Below, piece by piece: positions 41,911-50,928 of a DNA stretch of 57,147 nucleotides (its first letter is position 1; each line of letters starts with the position of its first letter). Origin of the DNA: Sphingobacteriaceae bacterium (GTDB lineage Bacteria > Bacteroidota > Bacteroidia > Sphingobacteriales > Sphingobacteriaceae); assembly GCA_046074005.1 (NCBI GenBank), contig JBJTNJ010000124.1, forward strand, positions 1-57,147. The letters run 5' to 3'. Both the position numbers and the translations under genes were made by a program. Under the pieces are notes generated by a model that worked only from the letters and a program-made list of their open reading frames with translations, was not told the origin of the DNA and ran no database searches.

Positions 41911-42611
41911 TAGCTATCTATAAATTTATACCCCACTCCTCTAATAGAATGAAAATAGGTTGGATTTTTCTGATCGGGCTCAAAATATTTACGAAACGTT
42001 AATATGAAGTTATCTATGGTTCGGGTAGATGGATATACATCGTAGTTCCATACGGTTTCTAAAATTTGCTCTCTCGAAACGGCTTCGTTTTTACGCTCAA
42101 TAAGCAGTTTAAGTAGCATGGTTTCTTTTTTCGTAAGAGCAACCGTGGTGCCATCGTCTTTCTTTAATTCAAATGAATTGAAATAAATGATTTTATCGCC
42201 AATACGGTACGATTGCAACTCTTTTAACTCTTCGCCTTTTAAACTGCGTTTTACCAAAATACCCACCCGCAAAATCAGTTCTTCTAAATTAAAGGGCTTT
42301 GTTAAATAATCATCTGCCCCTTTTTTTAGTCCAGCTACCCGATCTTCGCTCGTGTTTTTGGCTGTTAAAAACATAATGGGCACTTCCGAATTCTCTAAAC
42401 GGATAGTTTCGGCTACTTGGAAACCGTCAACTTCGGGCAACATCACATCTAAAATCACGAGGTTAAATCGCTCTTCCTTAAATGTTTTAAGTGCCTTTTT
42501 ACCATCGGTGGCGGTGCTTACTTTATAACCCTCGAGCTCAAGGTTGAGCTTAATGGCATCGAGCAAATGAAGCTCGTCTTCTACTAATAAAATGCGTTGT
42601 TTAGTTCCCAT
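41910..42611 (-). CDS. OmpR/PhoB-family response regulator
   Basis: Receiver domain (ILLVEDE, phospho-acceptor context ILDVMLPEVDG, K in LTKP) plus a winged-helix C-terminus (RGVGYKF). Start taken at MGTKQRILLVEDE; the ORF-track start at 42635 is possible. Confidence 0.9.
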   Translation of the reverse strand: MGTKQRILLVEDELHLLDAIKLNLELEGYKVSTATDGKKALKTFKEERFNLVILDVMLPEVDGFQVAETIRLENSEVPIMFLTAKNTSEDRVAGLKKGADDYLTKPFNLEELILRVGILVKRSLKGEELKELQSYRIGDKIIYFNSFELKKDDGTTVALTKKETMLLKLLIERKNEAVSREQILETVWNYDVYPSTRTIDNFILTFRKYFEPDQKNPTYFHSIRGVGYKFIDS

Positions 42612-43479
42612 GGTGTTGACTAAAAGTGATTTCAAAAATGGTGCCCCTTGGGGTATTATCTAATACTTGTACACCTGCTTGGTGTATATCTAAAACCTTT
42701 TTCACAATATACAAACCTAGCCCTGTACCTTTTGTTTGGCGGGTATTTTCGCTACCTATACGGTAAAACTTCTCGAAAATACGGTTTTTTTCTGCATCAG
42801 GTATGCCGGTTCCGTGATCAGCCACCCGCATGCACACCTGCTCTTTTTTACTATCTAAACTAACCTCCACTTCGGCACAAGCTGGCGAATATTTTACGGC
42901 GTTTTCTATTAGATTAATTAAGAGCGAATTTATAGCAAACTGATCGCCGCTAATATAAATGTTGGGCTTTACGATACACTTAATGGTTTGCGAATCGCAA
43001 GCATGTACTTGCAAGCGCTCCACTACCTTTTCTACTAGCTCCGAAAGGTTAATTTTATCTTTCGGAAAACTATAAGAACGATTTTCAATTTTAGTAGCCA
43101 ATAACATATTCTCTACCAAATCGTCTAAGCGTTCAATATCTTTTAAAGAATTACCCAGAAGTGCCTGTTTTTGCTCTAGCTGTAAATCTCTCTTTAAAAT
43201 GGTTTGCAGGGATAGCTTAATAGATGCTAAGGGCGATTTTAGTTCGTGCGTAACCGACAGTAAGAAGTTTTTTTGCTGTTCTTGGAGTTTCTCTCTACCG
43301 TTGAGGGTTTTGTGTATTTGAACAACGCCAATAATAAACAAGCATAAAAACACAATGGTTTCGCCTACTATCATTTCCATTCTACCTGGCTCTGCTTTTA
43401 GCAGTAGCCAACCCCACCACATCATTTCGGCAAAGGCATATATGGCTATAAGGTAAAAAATGAAAAGGGCTTTACGCAT
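42601..43479 (-). CDS. Sensor histidine kinase, intramembrane-sensing architecture (2 TM, no extracytoplasmic or PAS/HAMP domain)
   Basis: 292 aa. Two TM helices joined by a loop of about 9 residues, then directly the H-box THELKSPL, N-box LINLIENAVKYS and G-boxes DHGTGIP and GTGLGLYIV. Its start overlaps the hemL stop by 8 nt (ATGCGTAA). Confidence 0.9.
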   Translation of the reverse strand: MRKALFIFYLIAIYAFAEMMWWGWLLLKAEPGRMEMIVGETIVFLCLFIIGVVQIHKTLNGREKLQEQQKNFLLSVTHELKSPLASIKLSLQTILKRDLQLEQKQALLGNSLKDIERLDDLVENMLLATKIENRSYSFPKDKINLSELVEKVVERLQVHACDSQTIKCIVKPNIYISGDQFAINSLLINLIENAVKYSPACAEVEVSLDSKKEQVCMRVADHGTGIPDAEKNRIFEKFYRIGSENTRQTKGTGLGLYIVKKVLDIHQAGVQVLDNTPRGTIFEITFSQHHGN

Positions 43480-44854
43480 GCGGTTGCTTCTTAAATACGA
43501 TATCTAAACTTTCAAAGATAGCCCTTTTTGCCTTCTCTAAATCAATTTTGCTATGCGCCGCCGAAACAAAGCCCACTTCGTAGCCCGATGGACCAATGTA
43601 AATACCGCGATTGAGCAATTCACGATGCATGATTTTAAATTTATCCATACTGGCAGGATCGATGGCTTCGGCTGTTTTAATGTCTTTTTTAGTAAACGCA
43701 AACCAAAAAATAGAACCAATAGTAAACACCCTAAACGCATAATTATGCGTATCGGCATAGCGTTGTATAGACTCTACAAATTCTTGAGTTTTAGCATTTA
43801 ATTCTTTGTAAAAACTTGGCTTGGCCAACTCCGATAATTGAGCAATGCCTGCAGCCATAGCCACCGGATTTCCCGAAAGGGTACCGGCTTGATAAACGGC
43901 TCCATCCGGAGAAATATGACCCATTAAGGCAGCTGAAGCGCCGTAGGCGCCCACCGGCAAGCCGCCACCGATAATTTTACCATAGGTTACAATATCGGGC
44001 TGCACGTTGTAATACGCAGCTGCACCTTCAAAGCCTAAACGGAAGCCTGTAATTACTTCATCGAAAATAAGGAGGCTTTTATTTTTAGTACAAATGTCTC
44101 TTAAGAAATCTACAAATGCTTTATCCTGAATTAATAAACCATTGTTTGCCGGAACTCCTTCAATAATAATAGCGGCAATTTCGTTTTTAAATTGTTTAAA
44201 GGCTGCTTTTACCGCTTTTTGGTCGTTTAGTGGCACCACAATGGTTTCTTCGGCAAACGATTTAGGAATACCAGCTGATGAGGTTTCGCCAAAGGTAACC
44301 AAGCCCGAGCCTGCTTTTACCAGTAAACTATCTACGTGGCCATGATAACAGCCTTCAAATTTTAAAATTTTATCTCGTTTAGTGTACCCTCTGGCCAAAC
44401 GAATGGCTGACATTACGGCTTCGGTACCCGAGCTTACAAAACGGATTTTTTCTAGGTACTTATTATGACTAAGTATAAGCTCAGCCAATTCGTTTTCGAG
44501 AGCGGTTGGTGCACCAAAGCTCATGCCTTTTTGCATTACTTCCGCTACTTTTTCGCGAACGCTTGGGGCATTATGTCCTAAAATAAGGGGTCCCCAAGAA
44601 CAACAAAAATCGATGAATTCATTTCCATCGGCATCCCATAAACGGCAACCATCCCCTTTTTCAATAAAAAGTGGGGTACCATACACCGATTTAAACGCCC
44701 TTACGGGACTATTTACTCCTCCGGGGAAATAGTGCTTTGCTTTTTCGAATAATTCGGCCGAACGTTCTCTGCTGATATCTGGTTTATCTGAATGAAATAC
44801 CGTGCTAGGTGTTTCTGCTGGTTTAGAAAAAAGTTTTGTAAAGAAATTAGCCAT
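43472..44854 (-). CDS. hemL: Glutamate-1-semialdehyde 2,1-aminomutase
   Basis: 460 aa. GGVNSPVRAF motif and PLP-lysine context YGKIIGGG. It has an N-terminal extension of roughly 25 aa relative to typical HemL (about 430 aa). Confidence 0.95.
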   Translation of the reverse strand: MANFFTKLFSKPAETPSTVFHSDKPDISRERSAELFEKAKHYFPGGVNSPVRAFKSVYGTPLFIEKGDGCRLWDADGNEFIDFCCSWGPLILGHNAPSVREKVAEVMQKGMSFGAPTALENELAELILSHNKYLEKIRFVSSGTEAVMSAIRLARGYTKRDKILKFEGCYHGHVDSLLVKAGSGLVTFGETSSAGIPKSFAEETIVVPLNDQKAVKAAFKQFKNEIAAIIIEGVPANNGLLIQDKAFVDFLRDICTKNKSLLIFDEVITGFRLGFEGAAAYYNVQPDIVTYGKIIGGGLPVGAYGASAALMGHISPDGAVYQAGTLSGNPVAMAAGIAQLSELAKPSFYKELNAKTQEFVESIQRYADTHNYAFRVFTIGSIFWFAFTKKDIKTAEAIDPASMDKFKIMHRELLNRGIYIGPSGYEVGFVSAAHSKIDLEKAKRAIFESLDIVFKKQPHA

Positions 44855-44883
44855 AAGAATATTTTTAGAGAGCAGAACGAGTG

Positions 44884-45852
44884 TTACAGCCAGTTATTTT
44901 CTAAAATTTCGCGGGCGTGATAGGTAATAATGATGTTTGCGCCGGCACGGGCAAAGGCATACATGTTTTCCATAGTTACTTTTTGGGCGTCAATCCAACC
45001 GGCTTGGGCCGCAGCTTTTACCATGCTGTATTCGCCCGATACATTGTAGCACGCTACTGGCAACAGTGTTTGTTGTTTTAAATTCTGAATAACATCCAAA
45101 TAAGCCAAGGCTGGTTTTACCATTAAAATGTCGGCGCCTTCCTCTTCGTCTAAAAATGCTTCCCGCATCATTTCATTGGGGTTCCGAAAATCCATTTGAT
45201 ACGCCTTACGGTCGCCTTTGCTAGGTGCCGAATCTGCTGCTTCGCGGAAAGGACCATAATAAGCAGATGCGAATTTGATGCTATAACTCATAATGGCGGT
45301 ATTCACAAATTGGTGCTCATCTAATAAATCGCGAATGGCCCCTACTCGGCCATCCATCATATCTGAGGGAGCCACCATATCGGCACCAGCTTCTGCGTGT
45401 GCCAGGGCCATTTTAGCCAAAATAGCAACAGTTTCATCGTTTTGTACGTAATCGTTGTGCAGTATGCCACAGTGTCCGTGTGTGGTATAAGCACAAGTAC
45501 ATACGTCGGTAATTACGTAAATATCGTCGCCAAATGCTTTCTTTAATTCGCGAACCGCTTGGGCCACCAAAGAATCGTACTGATACGCCGAGCTGGCATC
45601 TTCGCACTTTTTCTCACCTACTCCAAAAAGCAATACTTTGTTTAGACCTAGCTTCAGTCCTTCGGCTACATCTTTCACCAGCATATCTGCCGAGAAATGA
45701 TAAATACCCGGCATGGCATCAATAGCCTGTTTTACCCCTGTGCCTGGTACCACAAAATAGGGGTACACAAACATGTCTTTTGATAAACGTGTTTCAGCTA
45801 CTAACTCCCGAATAATTGGATTTTTGCGTAATCTTCTTGGACGTATAAGCAT
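44884..45852 (-). CDS. hemB: Porphobilinogen synthase (Zn-type)
   Basis: 322 aa. The Cys-rich metal motif DVCTCAYTTHGHCG indicates the zinc-dependent class. Active-site lysine region VKPA. Confidence 0.95.
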   Translation of the reverse strand: MLIRPRRLRKNPIIRELVAETRLSKDMFVYPYFVVPGTGVKQAIDAMPGIYHFSADMLVKDVAEGLKLGLNKVLLFGVGEKKCEDASSAYQYDSLVAQAVRELKKAFGDDIYVITDVCTCAYTTHGHCGILHNDYVQNDETVAILAKMALAHAEAGADMVAPSDMMDGRVGAIRDLLDEHQFVNTAIMSYSIKFASAYYGPFREAADSAPSKGDRKAYQMDFRNPNEMMREAFLDEEEGADILMVKPALAYLDVIQNLKQQTLLPVACYNVSGEYSMVKAAAQAGWIDAQKVTMENMYAFARAGANIIITYHAREILENNWL

Positions 45853-45855
45853 AGA

Positions 45856-47457
45856 TTAATAGGTTAAACCAAACACCGCTTCTGCCAAACCAATTTCGTC
45901 TGGAGAATAGGGTAAAGTATAGGTTACATTTAATTCGTCGAACTTTTTGCCGGTTGATTTGCCAATGCAAATAACCTGTTGACCCGGCTGAAGTAAGTTA
46001 TGGGCAAAATAGGCATCTACATTTGATGGGCTAGTAAACACCAGTACTTCGGCAGACGATGGATCGCAAGTTTCATCCATTTCGGTTTCGTATACCGGCA
46101 AATCTATTAGTTTAGTTTCTTTGCTTAATGCCTGCTGGATGGTGCGTAAAGAATCTTTAGCACCTGGGAAAAGTACGGTACTACCGTTGGCTAATTTGGC
46201 AAAATCTTTGGCAATATCTTGCGTATCAATACCATCTTCTTCGCCATTAAAATCGGGCACTATGCCGTATTTGCGCAACATTTCTTCGGATGCTCTGCCA
46301 ATTACGCCATATTTTACTTTTTTAGGCAACTGAGGAGATAGTTGGAAGAAACATTCAATGGCATTTTTACTGCTAAAGAATATCCAATCTACTCGTTTTA
46401 AAATAAAGGAATCGAGGGTATTAATAATAGGAAAAATCTTAATTAAAGAGCGATCGTCTAGCTGTATTTGGTGTTTTTCTAAGGCTTTGCGGAAATAACT
46501 TGTTTCGGGCAATTTCCGGCTTATAAACACATTACTAGGTAATTTACGTTCGGGGCTAAACTTAGCCACAATTTCTTCGGCTAGGCCTTTGGTACTTTTA
46601 GCCGATAGGAACAAACGATCTGGAAAATCTTCTGCATCGGCCGCTTTAGAAGTCCACACCTCGTAGTTTCCTCCCTCTTTTCTGCAATAGCAGCCTAGGG
46701 GCATGTGGCATCCACCTTCAAACAATTGTAATACGGTACGTTCAACGGCAATTTCTTTGGCTACTGCCGCACTATGTAAGGGTTTAAGAAGTTCGGCCAA
46801 TGCGCTATCTTTTTCACGTATTTGAATAGCCAACACTCCTTGAGCGGGTGCCGGAACAAATTCCATGGGTTCTAGTTCTTCTACATAAAATTCACTTAAA
46901 TCAATACCCAAGCGGCCTACGCCGGCCTTGGCAATCATAATAGCATCGTACTTTTCATCGCGGAGTTTCTGAATACGAGTAGGTACGTTTCCACGTAAAT
47001 CTTCCACCTCTAAATCGGGGCGAAAAGCCAATAACTGCGCCTTACGTCTATTCGAAGAAGTGCCTACGGTACCACCAAATTTAACCGAGAGTTTTTGTTG
47101 TATGTCTACGCAATCTTTCAAGATCAACAGTAATTCTGAAGGATCTTCTCTTTCAGACACTGCAGCAATGGCTAAACCGGCAGGCTGTGTGGTAGGTAAG
47201 TCTTTATGAGAGTGTACTGCTAAATCGATACTTCCATTCAGCAATTCTTCTTCTAGTTCTTTGGTAAAAAACCCTTTCCCTTCTAATTTATCTAAACGTA
47301 GGTTTAGAATGCTATCTCCTTGAGTTTTAATAATTTTTAATTCTGCGGCAATGCCATTTGCCGCCAAGGTATCTTTTACAAAATTTGCTTGCCAAAGAGC
47401 TAAATCGCTGCCTCGGGTTCCAATAATTAAGGGCGATTTGGTAGAGGTAGCTTGCAT
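45856..47457 (-). CDS. hemC/hemD: Fused hydroxymethylbilane synthase / uroporphyrinogen-III synthase
   Basis: 533 aa. The N-terminal 300 or so residues are HemC (IGTRGSDLALWQA; cofactor cysteine in GGCHMPLG). The C-terminal 230 or so residues have the HemD two-lobe layout (VFISRK...IFFSSKNA...LVFTSPSNV). Confidence 0.88.
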   Translation of the reverse strand: MQATSTKSPLIIGTRGSDLALWQANFVKDTLAANGIAAELKIIKTQGDSILNLRLDKLEGKGFFTKELEEELLNGSIDLAVHSHKDLPTTQPAGLAIAAVSEREDPSELLLILKDCVDIQQKLSVKFGGTVGTSSNRRKAQLLAFRPDLEVEDLRGNVPTRIQKLRDEKYDAIMIAKAGVGRLGIDLSEFYVEELEPMEFVPAPAQGVLAIQIREKDSALAELLKPLHSAAVAKEIAVERTVLQLFEGGCHMPLGCYCRKEGGNYEVWTSKAADAEDFPDRLFLSAKSTKGLAEEIVAKFSPERKLPSNVFISRKLPETSYFRKALEKHQIQLDDRSLIKIFPIINTLDSFILKRVDWIFFSSKNAIECFFQLSPQLPKKVKYGVIGRASEEMLRKYGIVPDFNGEEDGIDTQDIAKDFAKLANGSTVLFPGAKDSLRTIQQALSKETKLIDLPVYETEMDETCDPSSAEVLVFTSPSNVDAYFAHNLLQPGQQVICIGKSTGKKFDELNVTYTLPYSPDEIGLAEAVFGLTY

Positions 47458-47495
47458 GAATATGGGTTAATGGGTACGATGGCGTAAGGGAGATT

Positions 47496-48713
47496 TTAGC
47501 AATTATCTACTAAAATTTCTTTGGCCATTACCATAGGTACACTAATGTATTTTTTCTCCATGTAAGCAATTACTTTTTCAAGCACTACTAAGGAGTTAGG
47601 GTCTAAATTCTGAATATCTTCGGCAAAAACTGAATTTAATGCCGTGTCTTTTATTTCTTTAATACGCTCTGGCACTTGGCGCATGGCTAGTTCAACACGA
47701 CGCTGTTTTAATATATGTCTAAACTCATCGAGGTGTTGTTCGATAATTTTTTCGGCGTTTACCAATTCGTGGTATCGCTCTTGCATATTGCGCTCGGCTA
47801 CTGCCTGCAAACCATGCACCTCAATAAAATGTATCGGATTATTTAGCAATACTTCCGTGTGCGTATCGTTTGGTATGGCTAAATCTAATACCACCTTTTT
47901 ATTGGTATCACCTGCAAGCAAATTAGAATAAATTTCGGGCGTAATAATAGGCTCTGTTGCGCTGGTGCAGGTAATTAGAATATCAAAACCCTTATTATAG
48001 CTAACCAACTCTTCTAGTGTGAAAGCTTCGCCATTAAGCTCGGCAGCCAACGTTTGTGCTTTAGATAGGGTGCGATTAAATACTACAAAATTTGAGTACT
48101 TATGTTTTTGAAGATATTTTGCTATTAATTGATTGGTTTCACCGGCACCAACCAACACTACACGAGCATTGGTAAAGGTGTTAATCTTACGTAATTCGCG
48201 GTAGGCTAAAGATACCACCGAAATAGGATTACAAGCAATTTGCGTATCGGTGTATACCGATTTAGCGGTTTTAACCACCTGATCCATTATTAAACGAAGG
48301 TAGTCGCCGGTAAAGCCTAGCGCTTTGCATTTTTCATACGATTGACGCAACTGGGCCAAAATTTCTTTTTCGCCCACTACTAAACTTTCCAAAGAGCACG
48401 ATACTCTTAATAAATGATTCAGGGCCTCTTTACCTTCATACACTGCCGCTTGAGCTGCCAATTTAGTGGCGTCTGCCCCAACAGATAAAGCATCTACAAA
48501 AGACTGTACAAAAGCCGGAGTTAAGGCATCTTGGTGCGTAAATACAAATTCCACACGGTTACAAGTACCTACGTATACTATCTCAGAAATAGCTAATTGA
48601 TTTTTTAGTGATAGCAAATTACTCTCGAGCGACTCATCGCTGATGACTAATTTTCCCAAGTCTTTTAAATCAACTTGTTTGTGTGTGAAAGCTATTACTC
48701 TTAAATTCTTCAA
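47496..48713 (-). CDS. hemA: Glutamyl-tRNA reductase
   Basis: 405 aa. Catalytic cysteine in GTCNRVE and NADPH Rossmann motif VGAGETN. The start codon is TTG (no in-frame ATG near the 5' end). Confidence 0.92.
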   Translation of the reverse strand: MKNLRVIAFTHKQVDLKDLGKLVISDESLESNLLSLKNQLAISEIVYVGTCNRVEFVFTHQDALTPAFVQSFVDALSVGADATKLAAQAAVYEGKEALNHLLRVSCSLESLVVGEKEILAQLRQSYEKCKALGFTGDYLRLIMDQVVKTAKSVYTDTQIACNPISVVSLAYRELRKINTFTNARVVLVGAGETNQLIAKYLQKHKYSNFVVFNRTLSKAQTLAAELNGEAFTLEELVSYNKGFDILITCTSATEPIITPEIYSNLLAGDTNKKVVLDLAIPNDTHTEVLLNNPIHFIEVHGLQAVAERNMQERYHELVNAEKIIEQHLDEFRHILKQRRVELAMRQVPERIKEIKDTALNSVFAEDIQNLDPNSLVVLEKVIAYMEKKYISVPMVMAKEILVDNC

Positions 48714-48743
48714 GGGCTGTTTGGGCGCTATATTTTACTACGA

Positions 48744-48751
48744 CAAAAGTA
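48744..48751 (-). promoter_or_regulatory. Bacteroidota -7 promoter box TACTTTTG (hem operon)
   Basis: Exact TAnnTTTG, 30 nt upstream of the hemA TTG start. Confidence 0.4.
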
Positions 48752-48766
48752 AAAAACCACAAAGGC

Positions 48767-48797
48767 GACACTGTCACGTATTTGTCAAACCGACAGT
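48767..48797. promoter_or_regulatory. Candidate response-regulator operator: TGTCA-N6-TGTCA direct repeat nested in GACA/TGTC palindromes
   Basis: The plus strand reads GACAcTGTCAcgtattTGTCAaaccGACAgt. TGTCA occurs at 48772 and 48783 (11-bp phasing). Palindromes are GACA-C-TGTC and TGTC-AAACC-GACA. The site lies 20-50 nt upstream of the -7 box, where a -33 element or class II activator site would be. Confidence 0.3.
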
Positions 48798-48923
48798 ATT
48801 TAGAATGGATATAAATTGGCTAAAAACCACTAAAATGACCTTTTAAAGACATAAAATAAAAAGGGAGGAAAGATAAAGTGACGAAGATCACACCTGAAAA
48901 TTTAGTCCTAAGTAGAGAGGAAT

Positions 48924-50885
48924 TTAGATGGCAAGATCCACCCAATTTCCATCTTCTCGAATAATCTCAATGAGCTCATCGAGGGCATTCTCGGTGTTTA
49001 CATTTTTCTTAACCACCTCTTTACCACGGTATAATGTAATTTTTCCAGGCCCGGTACCTACATAGCCATAATCGGCATCGGCCATTTCTCCGGGGCCGTT
49101 TACAATGCAACCCATAATGCCAATTTTAATTCCTTTTAAATGATCGGTTCGGCTGCGTATAAGTTGGGTGGTTTCTTGCAAATCGAATAAGGTACGTCCA
49201 CAACTTGGGCAAGAGATATACTCGGTTTTAGAAATTCGAGAACGGGTAGCTTGCAAAATTCCGAACGAAGTACTGAGCAAGAGTTTGGAGGACAAGTGCG
49301 GAGCCTGCAACCATACGCCATCGCCAAAACCATCTACCAATAAGGCACCAGCATCTGTAGCGGCATATAATTGAAATTCGTTTTCAGAAACTCCGGGATA
49401 GGTTCTTTTAATAATTACCGGCACGTTTAGACCTAATTCTTCTAGAAGGAAAAATGCCTGACGTTGTTCTTGCATGGCATTTTCGGCAGTGCTGGTAAGT
49501 ACAAAAACGAGTGTTTTATCTACCGGTATTTGCTGAAATGCGTCAGTATACATATCGGCCAAACTAAGCTCCACCAAGTTTAAAGAGGGGCATCTGTCTT
49601 CGGCATCTACGTATTCTTTTAAGCTATACAGCGGATGACAATTCACTTTACTAGCCAGCTTTTTCCAGGTTGAATACTGGTATAGTTGCTTTAAATTTCC
49701 GGGCAACGTAAACGATGGAAGTTGATCGGCTAGGTACACAAAATCAACCGATTGTTCGCCCATAGTATATTTATCTAAAATGGGCGAATACAGATAGCCA
49801 ACCTCCGATAAAATGGCCGGATCTTTTAAATTCTTAGTTGATAAATCAATGAGTACTCGGGGTACTTGATGCCCTCCAATAAAGGTGTTTAGTTCTTCCG
49901 AAACTCTCTTTTGATAGGAAAAGGGAGAATACTGAGCAGGTAAGGCAATGGGCTGCGCTTCCTTAGTTTGCGTGCTACGTTGGGCATAGCGCTTTACTAA
50001 CTCCTGAGCTACCGGAATTTCCAATTCAGGGTCTTCGGTTAAAGACACTCGAATGGTATCGCCCAAGCCATCTTCTAATAAGGTACCAATTCCAACAGCA
50101 GATTTAATGCGCCCATCTTCGCCATCGCCCGCTTCGGTTACGCCCAAATGCAGCGGATAATTCATGCCTTCGGCTACCATGGTTTTTACCAATAATCGGT
50201 AGGCTTGCACCATTACTTGTGGATTGCTCGATTTCATGGAAATAACCAAATTATGGTAATTCAAATCTTCGCAAATACGCATAAACTCCATGGCCGATTC
50301 TACCATTCCTTGGGGCGTATCGCCAAATTGGCTCATAATACGATCGGATAGCGAACCATGGTTGGTGCCAATACGCATGGCTGTACCGTATTCTTTACAA
50401 ATAGCTACCAAGGGCGCAAACTTTTTATAAATACGTTCTAGCTCTTCTTGGTAGGCCTGCGGAGTATAGTCAATGGTTTCGAAACGCTTTTTATCGGCAT
50501 AATTTCCCGGATTAATACGCACTTTTTCTACCAAACGAGCGGCCAACTCGGCAGCATTTGGTGTAAAATGAATATCGGCTACGAGAGGTGTATGGTAACC
50601 CCGTTTACTAAGTTCTTTTTTAATTTCGGCTAAATTCTGAGCTTCTTTTATGCTCGGGGCCGTAATACGTACCAATTCGCAACCGGCCTCTATCATTCGA
50701 ATAGATTGCGCTACCGTTCCTTGAGTATCCATGGTATCGGTAGTGGTCATACTCTGAATACGAATAGGGTTGTTGGCTCCCATGGCCAAATCGCCTACAT
50801 GCACCTCTCTGGTAAGAAAGCGCTTGTATTGTAGCAAAGATGGGCAGTATATTCCTGCTAGTTCAGGAGAATTTTGGGACTTCAT
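48924..50885 (-). CDS. ispG: 4-hydroxy-3-methylbut-2-en-1-yl diphosphate synthase, long form with inserted domain
   Basis: 653 aa. N-terminal TIM-barrel motifs and the C-terminal 4Fe-4S cysteines (ISCPSCGRT, GCIVNGPGE). An insert of about 270 aa between the two conserved domains is as in plant, Chlamydia and Bacteroidota enzymes. Confidence 0.95.
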   Translation of the reverse strand: MKSQNSPELAGIYCPSLLQYKRFLTREVHVGDLAMGANNPIRIQSMTTTDTMDTQGTVAQSIRMIEAGCELVRITAPSIKEAQNLAEIKKELSKRGYHTPLVADIHFTPNAAELAARLVEKVRINPGNYADKKRFETIDYTPQAYQEELERIYKKFAPLVAICKEYGTAMRIGTNHGSLSDRIMSQFGDTPQGMVESAMEFMRICEDLNYHNLVISMKSSNPQVMVQAYRLLVKTMVAEGMNYPLHLGVTEAGDGEDGRIKSAVGIGTLLEDGLGDTIRVSLTEDPELEIPVAQELVKRYAQRSTQTKEAQPIALPAQYSPFSYQKRVSEELNTFIGGHQVPRVLIDLSTKNLKDPAILSEVGYLYSPILDKYTMGEQSVDFVYLADQLPSFTLPGNLKQLYQYSTWKKLASKVNCHPLYSLKEYVDAEDRCPSLNLVELSLADMYTDAFQQIPVDKTLVFVLTSTAENAMQEQRQAFFLLEELGLNVPVIIKRTYPGVSENEFQLYAATDAGALLVDGFGDGVWLQAPHLSSKLLLSTSFGILQATRSRISKTEYISCPSCGRTLFDLQETTQLIRSRTDHLKGIKIGIMGCIVNGPGEMADADYGYVGTGPGKITLYRGKEVVKKNVNTENALDELIEIIREDGNWVDLAI

Positions 50886-50903
50886 GTACGTATATTATGG
50901 AAA

Positions 50904-50911
50904 CAAAAGTA
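50904..50911 (-). promoter_or_regulatory. Bacteroidota -7 promoter box TACTTTTG (ispG)
   Basis: Exact TAnnTTTG, 19 nt upstream of the ispG ATG in the 43-nt spacer. Confidence 0.4.
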
Positions 50912-50928
50912 AGAAAATGTTCGGTGGC

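Noticed and set aside
43472-44854. Possible mis-called start of hemL (an N-terminal extension of about 25 aa relative to typical enzymes).
   Set aside because: There is no alternative in-frame ATG before the conserved GGVNSPVRAF region, and the ORF start fits the 29-nt gap after hemB. I kept the start as called and note the uncertainty.
48879-48892. Small hairpin GTGAcgaagaTCAC downstream of ispG as a possible terminator.
   Set aside because: It has only a 4-bp stem and no adjacent T-run. The ispG 3' end remains undefined.
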